From assembly GCA_965208675.1 (NCBI GenBank), contig OZ242351.1, forward strand, positions 2,880,001-2,944,000: a stretch of 64,000 nucleotides of DNA. The letters are read 5' to 3'. A program made the position numbers and the translations under genes. The notes under the pieces are model-generated. The model had not been told where the DNA came from. It saw nothing but the letters and a program-made list of their open reading frames with translations, and did no database searches. Positions 29,996 through 39,784 of the stretch are shown in pieces. This DNA is from Candidatus Poribacteria bacterium (lineage in GTDB: Bacteria; Poribacteria; WGA-4E; PCPOR2b). Numbering within the stretch: position 1 is the stretch's first letter; each line of letters opens with the position of its first letter.

Positions 29996-31441
29996 ATGGC
30001 AGAAATCGATCGGAAACAGGTCGAAGAAATCGTCGCGCAGGTAGTCCGAAATCTTCGAGATGACGGTCAGGTTTTATCACGAAATCCAGATCCCCCGCCT
30101 TCAGGTATGCCTGACTCGGTTGTGCATCCCACTGTCGATCAAGCGGTTGCAGCGGCAAAAGCCGCGCAGACTGAACTTGCGGCACTCGGATTTGCCAAGC
30201 GTGTAGAAATCATCGAAGCCATCAGAAAGGTTTCACTCGAACATGCAACGCGGTTAGCAGAGCTGGCGGTCAAAGACACGGACATGGGAACCGCCGAGCA
30301 TAAGACCATGAAGAATGAAGCCGCTGCAAGGCTTTCTCCCGGCGTCGAAGATTTACACTCAGAAACCACAACGGGCGATTCCGGGTTGTTGCTCGTCGAA
30401 TATGCGCCATTCGGTGTCATCAACTCCATTACGCCGACAACCAACCCAACATCAACCGTGATAAATCACGCTATCATTATGCTAGCAGCCGGAAACTCGG
30501 TCGTTTTCAGCCCCCACCCGAATGCGCGGGCATGCACGGAAGAAACCATGCGCGTAATCAACGAAGCAATTGTCAATGCCGGCGGCCCCTCTAATCTGCT
30601 TACATCCGTTGCGCAGGCGAGTTTGCGTACAGCGAAAGAGATTATGAGTCACCCGGATGTATCCATGCTCGTCGCAACAGGTGGAGGCAGCGTGGTTCGG
30701 GCTGCGTTGTCCAGCGGAAAGAAAGCCATCGCGGCAGGTCCGGGTAATCCGCCGGCAATTATTGACGAAACAGCGGATGTGAAAAAAGCCGCTAACGATG
30801 TCATCCTCGGCGCAAGTTTTGACAACAACCTGCTCTGCGTCGGTGAAAAAGCGCTCTTTGTCGTCGAATCCGTTGCCGATGAAGCTATCAGCGAACTTAC
30901 TCAGAATGGCGGTTACCCCATCGGGACCGGGGAACTCAACAAACTGCAAAACGTCGTTGACAAAAACGGGGACGTGAACCGCGAGTTTATCGGCAAAAAT
31001 GCAACCGCGATTCTCGGCGCCGCAGGCATCAACGCCCCGGCGAATACCGTGGTCATCGTTTTAGAAGTCTCGGCCGATCACCCCTTCGTAATAAACGAAT
31101 ACCTCATGCCGATTCTGCCGGTCGTACGCGTCAGCGATTTCAACGAGGCGGTTAAGGGAGCAACTGCCGCCGACGGCGGACGCAAGCACACTATCGTGCT
31201 CCACACCAACAACATGGCGCGAGTCACGCAGTTCACAAAAGCAATTAACGCTAACGTCGTGGTAGTCAATGCACCCTCATACGCCTGTGCCGCAATTGAC
31301 GGTGAGGGATTCCTGGCAATGACCATTGCAGGGCCAACCGGCGAAGGCTATACACGTCCGCGAACTTTTACGACTCGGCGGCAATTAACCATTGCAGGCG
31401 GCTTATCAATTCATACGTTGCGCAACACATCCGGAAAGTAA
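29996..31441 (+). CDS. CoA-acylating aldehyde dehydrogenase (EutE/PduP-type) with N-terminal microcompartment encapsulation peptide
   Basis: PFGVI..ITPTTNP, ATGG, AGPGNPP, SFDNNLLCVGEK, TIAGPTGEG; N-terminal IDRKQVEEIVAQVVRNL plus Pro-rich linker. Confidence 0.9.
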   Translation: MAEIDRKQVEEIVAQVVRNLRDDGQVLSRNPDPPPSGMPDSVVHPTVDQAVAAAKAAQTELAALGFAKRVEIIEAIRKVSLEHATRLAELAVKDTDMGTAEHKTMKNEAAARLSPGVEDLHSETTTGDSGLLLVEYAPFGVINSITPTTNPTSTVINHAIIMLAAGNSVVFSPHPNARACTEETMRVINEAIVNAGGPSNLLTSVAQASLRTAKEIMSHPDVSMLVATGGGSVVRAALSSGKKAIAAGPGNPPAIIDETADVKKAANDVILGASFDNNLLCVGEKALFVVESVADEAISELTQNGGYPIGTGELNKLQNVVDKNGDVNREFIGKNATAILGAAGINAPANTVVIVLEVSADHPFVINEYLMPILPVVRVSDFNEAVKGATAADGGRKHTIVLHTNNMARVTQFTKAINANVVVVNAPSYACAAIDGEGFLAMTIAGPTGEGYTRPRTFTTRRQLTIAGGLSIHTLRNTSGK

Positions 31442-31546
31442 ACCATCCGAATTTGCTCTTACCCTCGGCTAGTAAATCCGATAATCAATCGCCAAGTTTA
31501 ACACCCTGCGCTATCGATCCATTTATTACCGCAACTGGAGAGTGAC

Positions 31547-32734
31547 ATGAAAATTTCCGAAATCCACACCTATGTTGTGGACGGCGGCTGGAGGCCCTGG
31601 ATATTTGTCAAAATACAGACAGACGATGGCATAACCGGATACGGCGAATGCAGCGACAGCAAGAACCCTTACGGAATTGTAGGAACGATCGATGACTTAA
31701 AGCCCATCCTCATCGGTGAAGACCCTAGAGCCTACGAAATGCGGTTCTGGGACATGATCCGAAGCACACGCCAGAGTCCGGGCGGAATTGCTGCCAAGGC
31801 GATTGCCGGAATTGAATGTGCGTTGATTGACATTAAAGCGAAGGCGCTCGGCATCTCGGTCGTCGAACTGTTCGGCGGCCCTACCCGTGAAGCCGTGCGC
31901 CTCTACTGGTCACATTGCGGCACGACTAGAGCAGTTCATGCTGAACTTCTAAGCACGCCCCCGCTCAGAAGTATGGACGACATTGCGGAGCTAGCTCATG
32001 AAGTGGTCAGCAGAGGATTCACCGCACTCAAAACCAACATTATCATGCCCGGCGATCCCGCGGAAGTATATTTCCCGGGTTTTGGAAGCGGCCCCGGTAC
32101 GACCGACCAAGTCATTACCAATCAGCTTTTGCGGCACATTGAGACCCTAATTGGGACGTTCAGGAATGCAGTTGGTTCCGATGTGGACATTAACCTCGAT
32201 CTCAACTTCAATTTTAAGCCTGAAGCGTGTATGCGCATCGCCAAGATGCTGGAACAGTTCGATCTACTGTGGTTAGAAATCGACATGTACAATCCGGATG
32301 CCATTCTCCAGATAAAAGAATCCACTTCCACCAAGATTTGCACCGGCGAAAACCTGTATTACATGCGCGGCTATATGCCCTATTTTGAACGGCATGCTGC
32401 CGACGTATTTATGGTGGATGTCCCTTGGAACGGCTTTTCCCAGTCCAAGAATATAGGAGGCCTTGCCGAAGTATTCCAACTCAATATCGCGCCTCACAAC
32501 TATTATAGCCACCTTGCTACCTTCATTAGTGCCAGTTTGTGTGCCGTACTTCCCAATGTGCGGATTATGGAAATTGACATCGACGATGTCCTTTGGAAGG
32601 ACGATTTGGTAACGCGTAAACCCAAAATTGACGCTGGCAACATGAGAATTCCCACTGGACCGGGCTGGGGAACAGAACTCAACGAAGAAGAACTCAACAA
32701 GCACCTGTGGCGCAACAAGATTGCAAAATGGTAG
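31547..32734 (+). CDS. Mandelate racemase/muconate lactonizing enolase family protein
   Basis: TDDGITGYGE, DIKAKALG, GFTALK, TGENL, APHN, PTGPGWG. Confidence 0.9.
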   Translation: MKISEIHTYVVDGGWRPWIFVKIQTDDGITGYGECSDSKNPYGIVGTIDDLKPILIGEDPRAYEMRFWDMIRSTRQSPGGIAAKAIAGIECALIDIKAKALGISVVELFGGPTREAVRLYWSHCGTTRAVHAELLSTPPLRSMDDIAELAHEVVSRGFTALKTNIIMPGDPAEVYFPGFGSGPGTTDQVITNQLLRHIETLIGTFRNAVGSDVDINLDLNFNFKPEACMRIAKMLEQFDLLWLEIDMYNPDAILQIKESTSTKICTGENLYYMRGYMPYFERHAADVFMVDVPWNGFSQSKNIGGLAEVFQLNIAPHNYYSHLATFISASLCAVLPNVRIMEIDIDDVLWKDDLVTRKPKIDAGNMRIPTGPGWGTELNEEELNKHLWRNKIAKW

Positions 32735-32800
32735 ATCCACAATTAGCGGGTACGATGGGGTTAGTTGATTCATCGTACGTAGATGTGTTGAGGTAGAGAC

Positions 32801-33583
32801 ATGCAGAAATTCCTGTGGGACGGTGACAAAGTGGCTGCAATCAGCCTCACGTTTGATGACGGGATGCAGTCGCATATCGACACAGCCGTACCGTTGTTGG
32901 AAAAATATGGACTGCGGGGGACATTTTACATCACGGCGGGCGGCGAAGATGATGGATGCCAGGCGTTAATGCGTTTTCGTCCCGCTTATGACGCCGGGCA
33001 CGAAATCGGCAATCATTCAATTCATCACTGGTGTTCCTCTGCAGGCGTCATGGCACCGAACCACCGCGGACTTGAGTATCGGATACTCGGCGAGATCGAA
33101 GATGAGTTGCTCGAAGCGGACAGACGTTTCAAAGCCGTTTTTCCTGAAGTGAGTCGATGGACCTTTTGCTACCCTTGCTACAATACATTCGTTGGAAAAG
33201 GGCTTAACCGAAGAAGCTATGTCCCAATCGTGGCAAGCACTTTCTTCGCAGCACGGGCGGGCGGCGAAATAGGTAATTCCATCAATTCACCCTATCATGC
33301 AGACTTGCACTGCTTGAATTCCTTTAAATGTGAGCAGCGCGGTGCTGCTGAACTCATTGGGCTAGTTGAACAAACAGCGAATCAGGGAGGATGGAGCATC
33401 CTCACCTTTCACGGAATTGGCGATGGTCATCTTCTCGTCGCACAGTCAGATTTTGAGGAGGTGTTAGCCCATCTTGATGGTGCTCGTAATCGCATCTGGA
33501 CTGCGCCCCTAATTCGTATCGCGGAATATCTCCACGACAATAAGTCAATACTCGCGAATACTATGGGCGAGACATGCGATTAA
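32801..33583 (+). CDS. Polysaccharide deacetylase (CE4/NodB) family protein
   Basis: SLTFDDG, GHEIGNHSIHH, FCYP, LTFHG. Confidence 0.9.
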   Translation: MQKFLWDGDKVAAISLTFDDGMQSHIDTAVPLLEKYGLRGTFYITAGGEDDGCQALMRFRPAYDAGHEIGNHSIHHWCSSAGVMAPNHRGLEYRILGEIEDELLEADRRFKAVFPEVSRWTFCYPCYNTFVGKGLNRRSYVPIVASTFFAARAGGEIGNSINSPYHADLHCLNSFKCEQRGAAELIGLVEQTANQGGWSILTFHGIGDGHLLVAQSDFEEVLAHLDGARNRIWTAPLIRIAEYLHDNKSILANTMGETCD

Positions 33584-33600
33584 CATCATAAACCCAAATA

Positions 33601-34803
33601 ATGCAAAACCTGCCAAAGACTACGTTTACGTGGCTGTCTTTATGCCTACCGATTTATCTCCCAACCTTCCTGCTCTCCTTTGGGCAAGGCGCCCTCATTC
33701 CAACACTGCCGCTCTATGCGAAATCTTTTAACGTCTCCTTCAGCTTAATCGGTCTCGCTGTCGCTATGCATGAAGTCGGTATATTAATTGCCGACGTACC
33801 CGCCGGTATCTTGCTAGATCGGGTTGGACGCAAATTGTCCATGTTAATTGGATCCGTCGTGTTGGGGATTTCCATGCTCGGTATTGGACTTGCTCAATCC
33901 TTCTACGAGTTGGCAATCTATCAACTAATCGGAGGCATGGGCGGTGCGCTATGGGCGGTTGCCCGGTACACATACATGACAGATGCTATCCCGCTTGCGG
34001 TGCGCGGCAGATCGCTGGCACTGTTTGGCGGTATTAACCGAACCGGAACTTTTTTAGGTCCTGCTGCCGGGGGATATTTCGGCACACATTACGGACTGCG
34101 GTCTCCCTTTTTTCTGTTTTCCGCAATTATGGCGATGAATTTCATTCTATCTCTCTTCTTCATTGCCAGAAGGAAACTTCAACCCCCAACAGTTCATTAT
34201 TCGTTATACTGGAAACGGTTCGTCGCTGTGTTAAAGTCGAATTACCGTGCGTTGGCATCAGCGGGCACGGCACATGTCTGCGCACAAGCGCTTCGGACAG
34301 GCAGGGGGATTATTATACCGCTCTACGGTAGTGAAATTGTCGGGCTGGATGTTCAAGCAGTAGGGCTTATTCTGAGCATTTCATCATTTGTTGACCTGTC
34401 GATGTTTCCGCTGGCTGGATTCATCATGGATCGATTCGGCAGGCGTTACGCCGTTGTCCCCTGTTTCTTCATTTTTGGACTGGGGATGGCGATGGTGCCG
34501 TTTACTGGGAGTTTCGCCTCACTCCTCGTTGCAACCATTGTTATGGGGTTTGGGAATGGGCTTGGTTCCGGAACCATGATGACGCTTGGCGCTGACATGG
34601 CACCGCAGGAAGGAACAGGCGAATTCCTCGGAGTATGGCGGTTGATTGGGGACGTGGGCGGTGTTACAGGTCCTTTGGTCGTAGGAAATATAGCCGAGGT
34701 GTGGGGGCTAGCACTCTCAGCTTTCGTTTTGGCAGGAATCGGATTCACGGCAGTTGCAATCTTCCTTCGGCTCGTCCCGGAGACCTTGCAGCGGGACAAA
34801 TAG
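33601..34803 (+). CDS. MFS transporter
   Basis: About 12 hydrophobic segments; GILLDRVGRK and GFIMDRFGRR motif A. Confidence 0.92.
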   Translation: MQNLPKTTFTWLSLCLPIYLPTFLLSFGQGALIPTLPLYAKSFNVSFSLIGLAVAMHEVGILIADVPAGILLDRVGRKLSMLIGSVVLGISMLGIGLAQSFYELAIYQLIGGMGGALWAVARYTYMTDAIPLAVRGRSLALFGGINRTGTFLGPAAGGYFGTHYGLRSPFFLFSAIMAMNFILSLFFIARRKLQPPTVHYSLYWKRFVAVLKSNYRALASAGTAHVCAQALRTGRGIIIPLYGSEIVGLDVQAVGLILSISSFVDLSMFPLAGFIMDRFGRRYAVVPCFFIFGLGMAMVPFTGSFASLLVATIVMGFGNGLGSGTMMTLGADMAPQEGTGEFLGVWRLIGDVGGVTGPLVVGNIAEVWGLALSAFVLAGIGFTAVAIFLRLVPETLQRDK

Positions 34804-34903
34804 ACATGTTGCCGTAATTATACCGGAGCCCGATGGCATCTTCCTCCGTTCCAACAGGACGACGAAATGCCAACAGAATCCATAAAATTGATTGCTTCCC
34901 TGC

Positions 34904-34988
34904 CTCTGTGGGAGCGTCCTCCCGGACGCGATACGCCCCGAACACCAATGCACGCCAACTCAACAGAAAACATACCAACACCTCAACC
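34904..34988. repeat. Partial third copy of the ~165-bp dispersed repeat
   Basis: ctctgtgggagcgtcctcccggacgcgat...aatgcacgccaactcaac...ccaacacctcaacc. Confidence 0.7.
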
Positions 34989-35030
34989 TAAAGCCCCATC
35001 CGCGCGACAGGTATAAAGAAAACAGCTCTT

Positions 35031-35326
35031 GTAGGTTGGGTTGAGCGCAATTCACCAAATAACGTGCAATTTTACATTACGCTATGCAAGATAACGGCGT
35101 ACAAGATTCGATGCGCAGAGCGTAACCCAACGATCAACCGACCGAACAGGGAGGGCGATAGTTTTCCCATAATCTTCTCCGCTCTCGCTTCTGACAAATC
35201 AAACGCTCCGGAATATCCAAAAGCGTTGGGTTCGTTACACATTAACAATTTCCGCAAATATTCAAATACCGATATCCGTTCGACATTTTTCGCGTCCTCC
35301 GTTTAAACCGCTTAACCCAACCTACA
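35031..35326. repeat. REP/MITE-like element with GTAGGTTGGGTT terminal inverted repeats
   Basis: gtaggttgggttgagcg ... cgcttaacccaacctaca. The right half is a reverse-complement homolog of 58938-59113. Confidence 0.75.
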
Positions 35327-35503
35327 AACGCTACCTTAGGGTTGCCCACAAGGATTATGTAGCGGCAGGTCTTGTGCCTGCCCATAAACTCTCGGACAGA
35401 GATGGATTTAATTTGTGAAATGTCAACAAAACCTGGCACCAATGGCGAATAAGGAGAGATGTCCAATGAGAGAATCGCGGGAGGGGAAAATACCGAAAAT
35501 GAA

Positions 35504-35590
35504 TGCCGGGAAGGGGACTCGAACCCCTACGGGCAAAAACGCCCACTAGATCCTGAATCTAGCTTGTCTACCAAATTCCAACATCCCGGC
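35504..35590 (-). tRNA. tRNA-Leu (CAG)
   Basis: Minus strand GCCGGGA...TGGTAGACA...CTAGA TTCAGGA TCTAG, long variable arm, GGTTCGAGTCC...TCCCGGCA. CCA not encoded; TTGACA-N18-TAAACT upstream. Confidence 0.95.
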
Positions 35591-35651
35591 ATAAGGGAGA
35601 AAAGCAAATAGAGTTTACATTACGGACATTCGGCTTGTCAAGCCAATTCAA

Positions 35652-36686
35652 CTATTCGACGGCACGCACCCTATTACCTCCGGCTTGCTTCGCCGCATAG
35701 CATCGTTTATCGGCTTTTTGAATGAGTTTGTCCGGATTGGTTGCATCTTCCGGACTAGTGGCAACCCCAGCACTAATCGTCAATTTATATTCCGGATGCC
35801 CTTCATTAAACGTATGTTCGCTAACCAAACGCACACACCGTTCCGCAAACCGGATTGCCCGGTGCTTGTCTGTTTCAAGCAGCAGGACAACAAATTCGTC
35901 CCCGCCGTATCGTGCGGCGATGTCGGTGTCGCGAATGTTGCGATTGAGTACATTAGCAATTTCCCGAAGAATCTTGTCCCCTTTCAGATGCCCGTACCGA
36001 TCATTATAAAGTTTAAAATTATCCGTATCAATCATAACCAATGAAATTGACTGCTTCAGCGGCCTTTCATGCATCAGGTTCTGAAGCTGCGACTGAAAAT
36101 AGCGATGGTTGTATAGATTCGTGACACCGTCGCGCGTCGCTAAGTCGAACAATTCTTGATTATCCGCACGCGCCTGCTTCATTTCGCTGGCAAGATTATC
36201 GTACAGTTGCAATAGTCTAGCCAGATCGCTTTCACGGGATTGTTTCACCTCACGAGCCAATCTTTCCCGTTCAATCGCCAATCGGCGTTTAACGAGCGCA
36301 CTTGCAACGTCTTGAATAACCTCCTCCCAAATGGGAGGTTTCACAATAAAATCGTAGGCGCCTAACCGCATTGCACGCTTAATTGTGTTGAGCGTGCCGT
36401 GACTCGTAATGATAAAGACCTCAACCGAGGAATCAACCTGCTTCGCAAACTCTAGAAGTTTCAGTCCGCCGCTTAACCTCTCGCCTCCACTGATATCCGG
36501 CAGCACCAGATCTGTCAACACAACGTCATACACATCTTCTTTGATGAGTCGCATCGCCTCTGTGCCGGTGAGCGAACTTGTAACATCATGGCCCGCTTCA
36601 TCCAAAAACATCGACAACACTTCGGAGACTGAAGTCTCTCCATCAACCACAAGAATTTTACCTGTGAGCGGTTCGCTTTCATTCAT
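35652..36686 (-). CDS. Response regulator receiver + GGDEF diguanylate cyclase
   Basis: ILVVD, VLTD, FIVKP receiver; coiled coil; DGVTNLYN, DTDNFKLYNDRYGH, RYGGDEF. Confidence 0.93.
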   Translation of the reverse strand: MNESEPLTGKILVVDGETSVSEVLSMFLDEAGHDVTSSLTGTEAMRLIKEDVYDVVLTDLVLPDISGGERLSGGLKLLEFAKQVDSSVEVFIITSHGTLNTIKRAMRLGAYDFIVKPPIWEEVIQDVASALVKRRLAIERERLAREVKQSRESDLARLLQLYDNLASEMKQARADNQELFDLATRDGVTNLYNHRYFQSQLQNLMHERPLKQSISLVMIDTDNFKLYNDRYGHLKGDKILREIANVLNRNIRDTDIAARYGGDEFVVLLLETDKHRAIRFAERCVRLVSEHTFNEGHPEYKLTISAGVATSPEDATNPDKLIQKADKRCYAAKQAGGNRVRAVE

Positions 36687-36921
36687 ACCGTCTCAATCCT
36701 AGCTTTTTAACGTCATTGTTGAACACCGTAAAAAGATTATAGAAGCCATCTCCGAATCGCGAACCTTTAACCTCACCAATAACGCAGCTGATTCTCAATC
36801 TCAAAAATCCCATTGCATTTGTTGGGGGGAATTCGGGAAGGCGTAACATACATCGGATTACAACCTATGGCGGGCGTGTACGGAAAATTATCGCGAACAA
36901 CACGTCGTTAGCATGAGACAA

Positions 36922-38769
36922 CTATGTCTCCAACCCAAGCTGCTGTGCAAGCTCTATCACACGCTGATTAATCGCTGTCTTATTGATTCGATTGCCCGCT
37001 ACAAATCCCCGAAATTCTTCGGGTAATTCCGCGGGAATCATCGAACGGGAATTGGCTTCCCGCAGGGCGAGCAGTGCAGTAAACTCGTTCATCTCGGGTG
37101 AATACTCCGGCACATAGTCGATCGCCGCTTCGATGAGGTCAGCCTCGGTTACAGCTTGTCGATTATTACGTTTTGCAATGTTGTAGCTTCGCTGCACGAT
37201 AACATTAAGGTGGCTGCTGCAAAGTCCGTCCGTAAAACCGTCCCCGCCAATCTTTCCAAAATCGACATGTTGGACAGCAATCTCGGCATCGTTGAAAAAA
37301 TGCTCCAAAATATCGGCGCGTTCCGCCGGCGCGGGCGGAAGAAAGACCAATCTGTGATTGAAAACCCCGTCTCTACGGAATATTGCATCCATCAGATCGG
37401 GGCGGTTTGACGAACCAACCCAAATCACTTTCCCATGTAGCGAAGGGTCATCAATGGCATTCAACAACTCAACCGGCAACGTACTGACGAGGTGAGACGG
37501 CTGTAAACTCGCCCGAAGCGCCCAAGCCCTATCCATGTCTATCAATACAACAACTGGAGCAACCGCCTGGATAAAGTTAATGGCAAGTTTCAAATTCCGC
37601 TCATAAGCGTGTTCCTCGCCGCTCGGATAGGCAAATTCCGCGCCGATTTCGCGAATATTTCTGAGCCGCACGCACGCCATATTTGCATGACCCGCCAGCA
37701 TTCCGGCAGCCATGGCTCTGCCGGTACCAGGGGTTCCAAGAAAAAGCAGACCGCGCGGTACGCGCCGAAGATCCCCTTCGCTCATGGCGGCGGCAACGTC
37801 TCGAATGACAGCAATCACGTGGTCCATCCCGCGTATCCCTTGCAAATCAGTGAAAGTGTCGAGAACCTCGACAATGCCGTGGCTGAAAATCTCAACGCGA
37901 TTTCGGCGGTAGCTCTCGGTCAACTCAAGCGTTATTGCCGTCTGCGCTTCTTCAGCGCGCAGCACAACGTCATGTATACCAAACAGGTTCAAACCCGACG
38001 TATCGCGGGCGAACTGCTCCACGCTAAATTCAGGGGCTAGCGTTATCGGCTTCGTGATTTGGCTGTCGGTCGGCGGCGGCGAGGGGATTGGGATATTGAT
38101 GAGATACTTGATGAATTCCAACCGCTCATTGTAGTCGGGGAACGGGATTTCGATTGTCGGAATTTCAGATTGCTTCAGGAGCGACGGATGGACTTCTGCA
38201 AGATTCTGCGTCATGAACAGCACGATATTCTTTTTCATGCGTACGTCAAAATCACCTGCCCACCCATGAAACATATCCAGAAAGAGGGCGGACTCCTTAT
38301 CCAGCGCCGTCAACTCAGTATTCGGAACAATCTTTTCAACATAGTTGATGACCAGCCCAACTTTAGCACGTCCCTCATGGGCGAGAGCGTCAAGGTTTTT
38401 CCGTACAACGTCACTCGGTGGATGTTTGCCAGTCAAAAATCCGTCTTCGTGCAGGTTCCAGTGATGGATCTTTGAGTTAATCGGCGACCGGGATTCATCT
38501 CCTTTTTTTTCTTCATGCGGAAGCAACCCCAACCACTTTTGGATAGCTTTCCACCGATTGATATCCGGCCATACGACCCCTTGCGAAGGCGCATAACCGA
38601 TGACGAAATCGCAGCCAAGGACATTCAGTTGCTCCATAACATACGGAAACATCGGCAAATAACCGTATACTTCATCCCGTACCAAATCTTCAACATTAAA
38701 ATGGAGCAGAAATTGGTGGGAAACCCCCGCATGGTATTCTGAAGCGATCCGATCCCAAAACTGAGACAT
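36922..38769 (-). CDS. AAA+ ATPase family protein with degenerate Walker motifs
   Basis: PRGLLFLGTPGTGRA, VVVLIDMD, SSNRPDLMDAIFRRDGVF; GGGGA RBS before MSQFW. Confidence 0.8.
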   Translation of the reverse strand: MSQFWDRIASEYHAGVSHQFLLHFNVEDLVRDEVYGYLPMFPYVMEQLNVLGCDFVIGYAPSQGVVWPDINRWKAIQKWLGLLPHEEKKGDESRSPINSKIHHWNLHEDGFLTGKHPPSDVVRKNLDALAHEGRAKVGLVINYVEKIVPNTELTALDKESALFLDMFHGWAGDFDVRMKKNIVLFMTQNLAEVHPSLLKQSEIPTIEIPFPDYNERLEFIKYLINIPIPSPPPTDSQITKPITLAPEFSVEQFARDTSGLNLFGIHDVVLRAEEAQTAITLELTESYRRNRVEIFSHGIVEVLDTFTDLQGIRGMDHVIAVIRDVAAAMSEGDLRRVPRGLLFLGTPGTGRAMAAGMLAGHANMACVRLRNIREIGAEFAYPSGEEHAYERNLKLAINFIQAVAPVVVLIDMDRAWALRASLQPSHLVSTLPVELLNAIDDPSLHGKVIWVGSSNRPDLMDAIFRRDGVFNHRLVFLPPAPAERADILEHFFNDAEIAVQHVDFGKIGGDGFTDGLCSSHLNVIVQRSYNIAKRNNRQAVTEADLIEAAIDYVPEYSPEMNEFTALLALREANSRSMIPAELPEEFRGFVAGNRINKTAINQRVIELAQQLGLET

Positions 38770-39065
38770 TGCTGTTCCCCTAGTTCTCTCCCACGGCTGA
38801 TTTTGCATATAATCATAGCATTTAGCGTTACGTCGTGCAAGGGCATTCTATCTATACATTCTTGAGCCAATTGTGCAGATATTGAATCCGTCGCGCGAGA
38901 ACCACTTAAATCCCATTGTCAGTGTGGTAGACGAAACAACCCCTACATTTCCAAATCAACCAATGTCTTTTATCCTGGAAATCCTGATTCAGACAATGAC
39001 CTCATAATGCCGCGGCGGACCGTAGCCTCCTAAGTATTTGCCTGCTACAAAAAACGTACCTCTTA

Positions 39066-39095
39066 TTGACATAATCCTGTTAAATGGTATATAAT
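39066..39095 (+). promoter_or_regulatory. Consensus sigma70 promoter
   Basis: TTGACA-N18-TATAAT, about 60 nt upstream of the 39158 ORF. Confidence 0.6.
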
Positions 39096-39157
39096 TGTCG
39101 AACTGTTGGCAGTATTCTATTGTTTGAGGGTAAATCCAATTAAGAGGAAAGTCGTGC

Positions 39158-39550
39158 ATGGACACTCCGGAACTGGTTAAAATCATAGTTAGCGCTGCAA
39201 TAGCAGTTATTGCGGTAGCTGGTTTATGGGTTGCGTTCCTGAACTTCATATTTGGTCGCATCGATAAAAGATTCGAGGCAATTCACCACACATTAAATGA
39301 ACGATTCGACCTCTTTGAAAAACTGTTAACAGCCAGACTGGACAACTATCCAAATAAAGAAGACATTTTTGAGTTGCGTACTCAGATAAATGATGTGCGC
39401 ATTCAGATAGATGACGTGCATACTCAAATAAATGGCGTAAGTACTCAGATGTCAAAAGAGAACGAAACGCTTGTACGGAAAGTGGATGACATGAATGCAA
39501 TTCTCATTAAACACATTGAGGATAGCACGCTGCATTCAAGTCACGCATAA
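39158..39550 (+). CDS. Small membrane-anchored coiled-coil protein (hypothetical)
   Basis: GAGGA RBS, N-terminal TM helix, IDKRFE, 21-bp tandem units (39380-39450) encoding TQINDVR/IQIDDVH/TQINGVS. Confidence 0.7.
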   Translation: MDTPELVKIIVSAAIAVIAVAGLWVAFLNFIFGRIDKRFEAIHHTLNERFDLFEKLLTARLDNYPNKEDIFELRTQINDVRIQIDDVHTQINGVSTQMSKENETLVRKVDDMNAILIKHIEDSTLHSSHA

Positions 39551-39784
39551 ACCATTCTTGAAAATCCAGATTCAGACAATCCCCGTCCAACTCCCCAACC
39601 CGCATTTACCTTGACATCACCGGCACTGCGTGAAATAATCTGTCAAGATTGCCAATAAAACGCTTTCGACAATTCCTATTCTTCCTTTTTGTCCTCCGCT
39701 CTCCGAATGGACGGCAATCCCTATGCGGGCGATGATAGATTTGCGCTTCTTTCACGGACGCTTTTCAAGCAGGGGTATTGCGTA

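Noticed and set aside
29766-30185. ORFs overlapping dispersed repeats (also 23779-24021, 34717-34981, 35064-35306, 58961-59268)
   Set aside because: Their mutual similarity comes from the non-coding repeat families; no coding signals seen.
39380-39450. Short tandem repeats (also 55250-55350, 56558-56584) as a CRISPR array
   Set aside because: No unique spacers, units are codon-phased or very short, and no cas genes are present.
35504-39550. tRNA-Leu as a possible genomic-island integration site
   Set aside because: No integrase and no duplicated tRNA 3' end found in the window.
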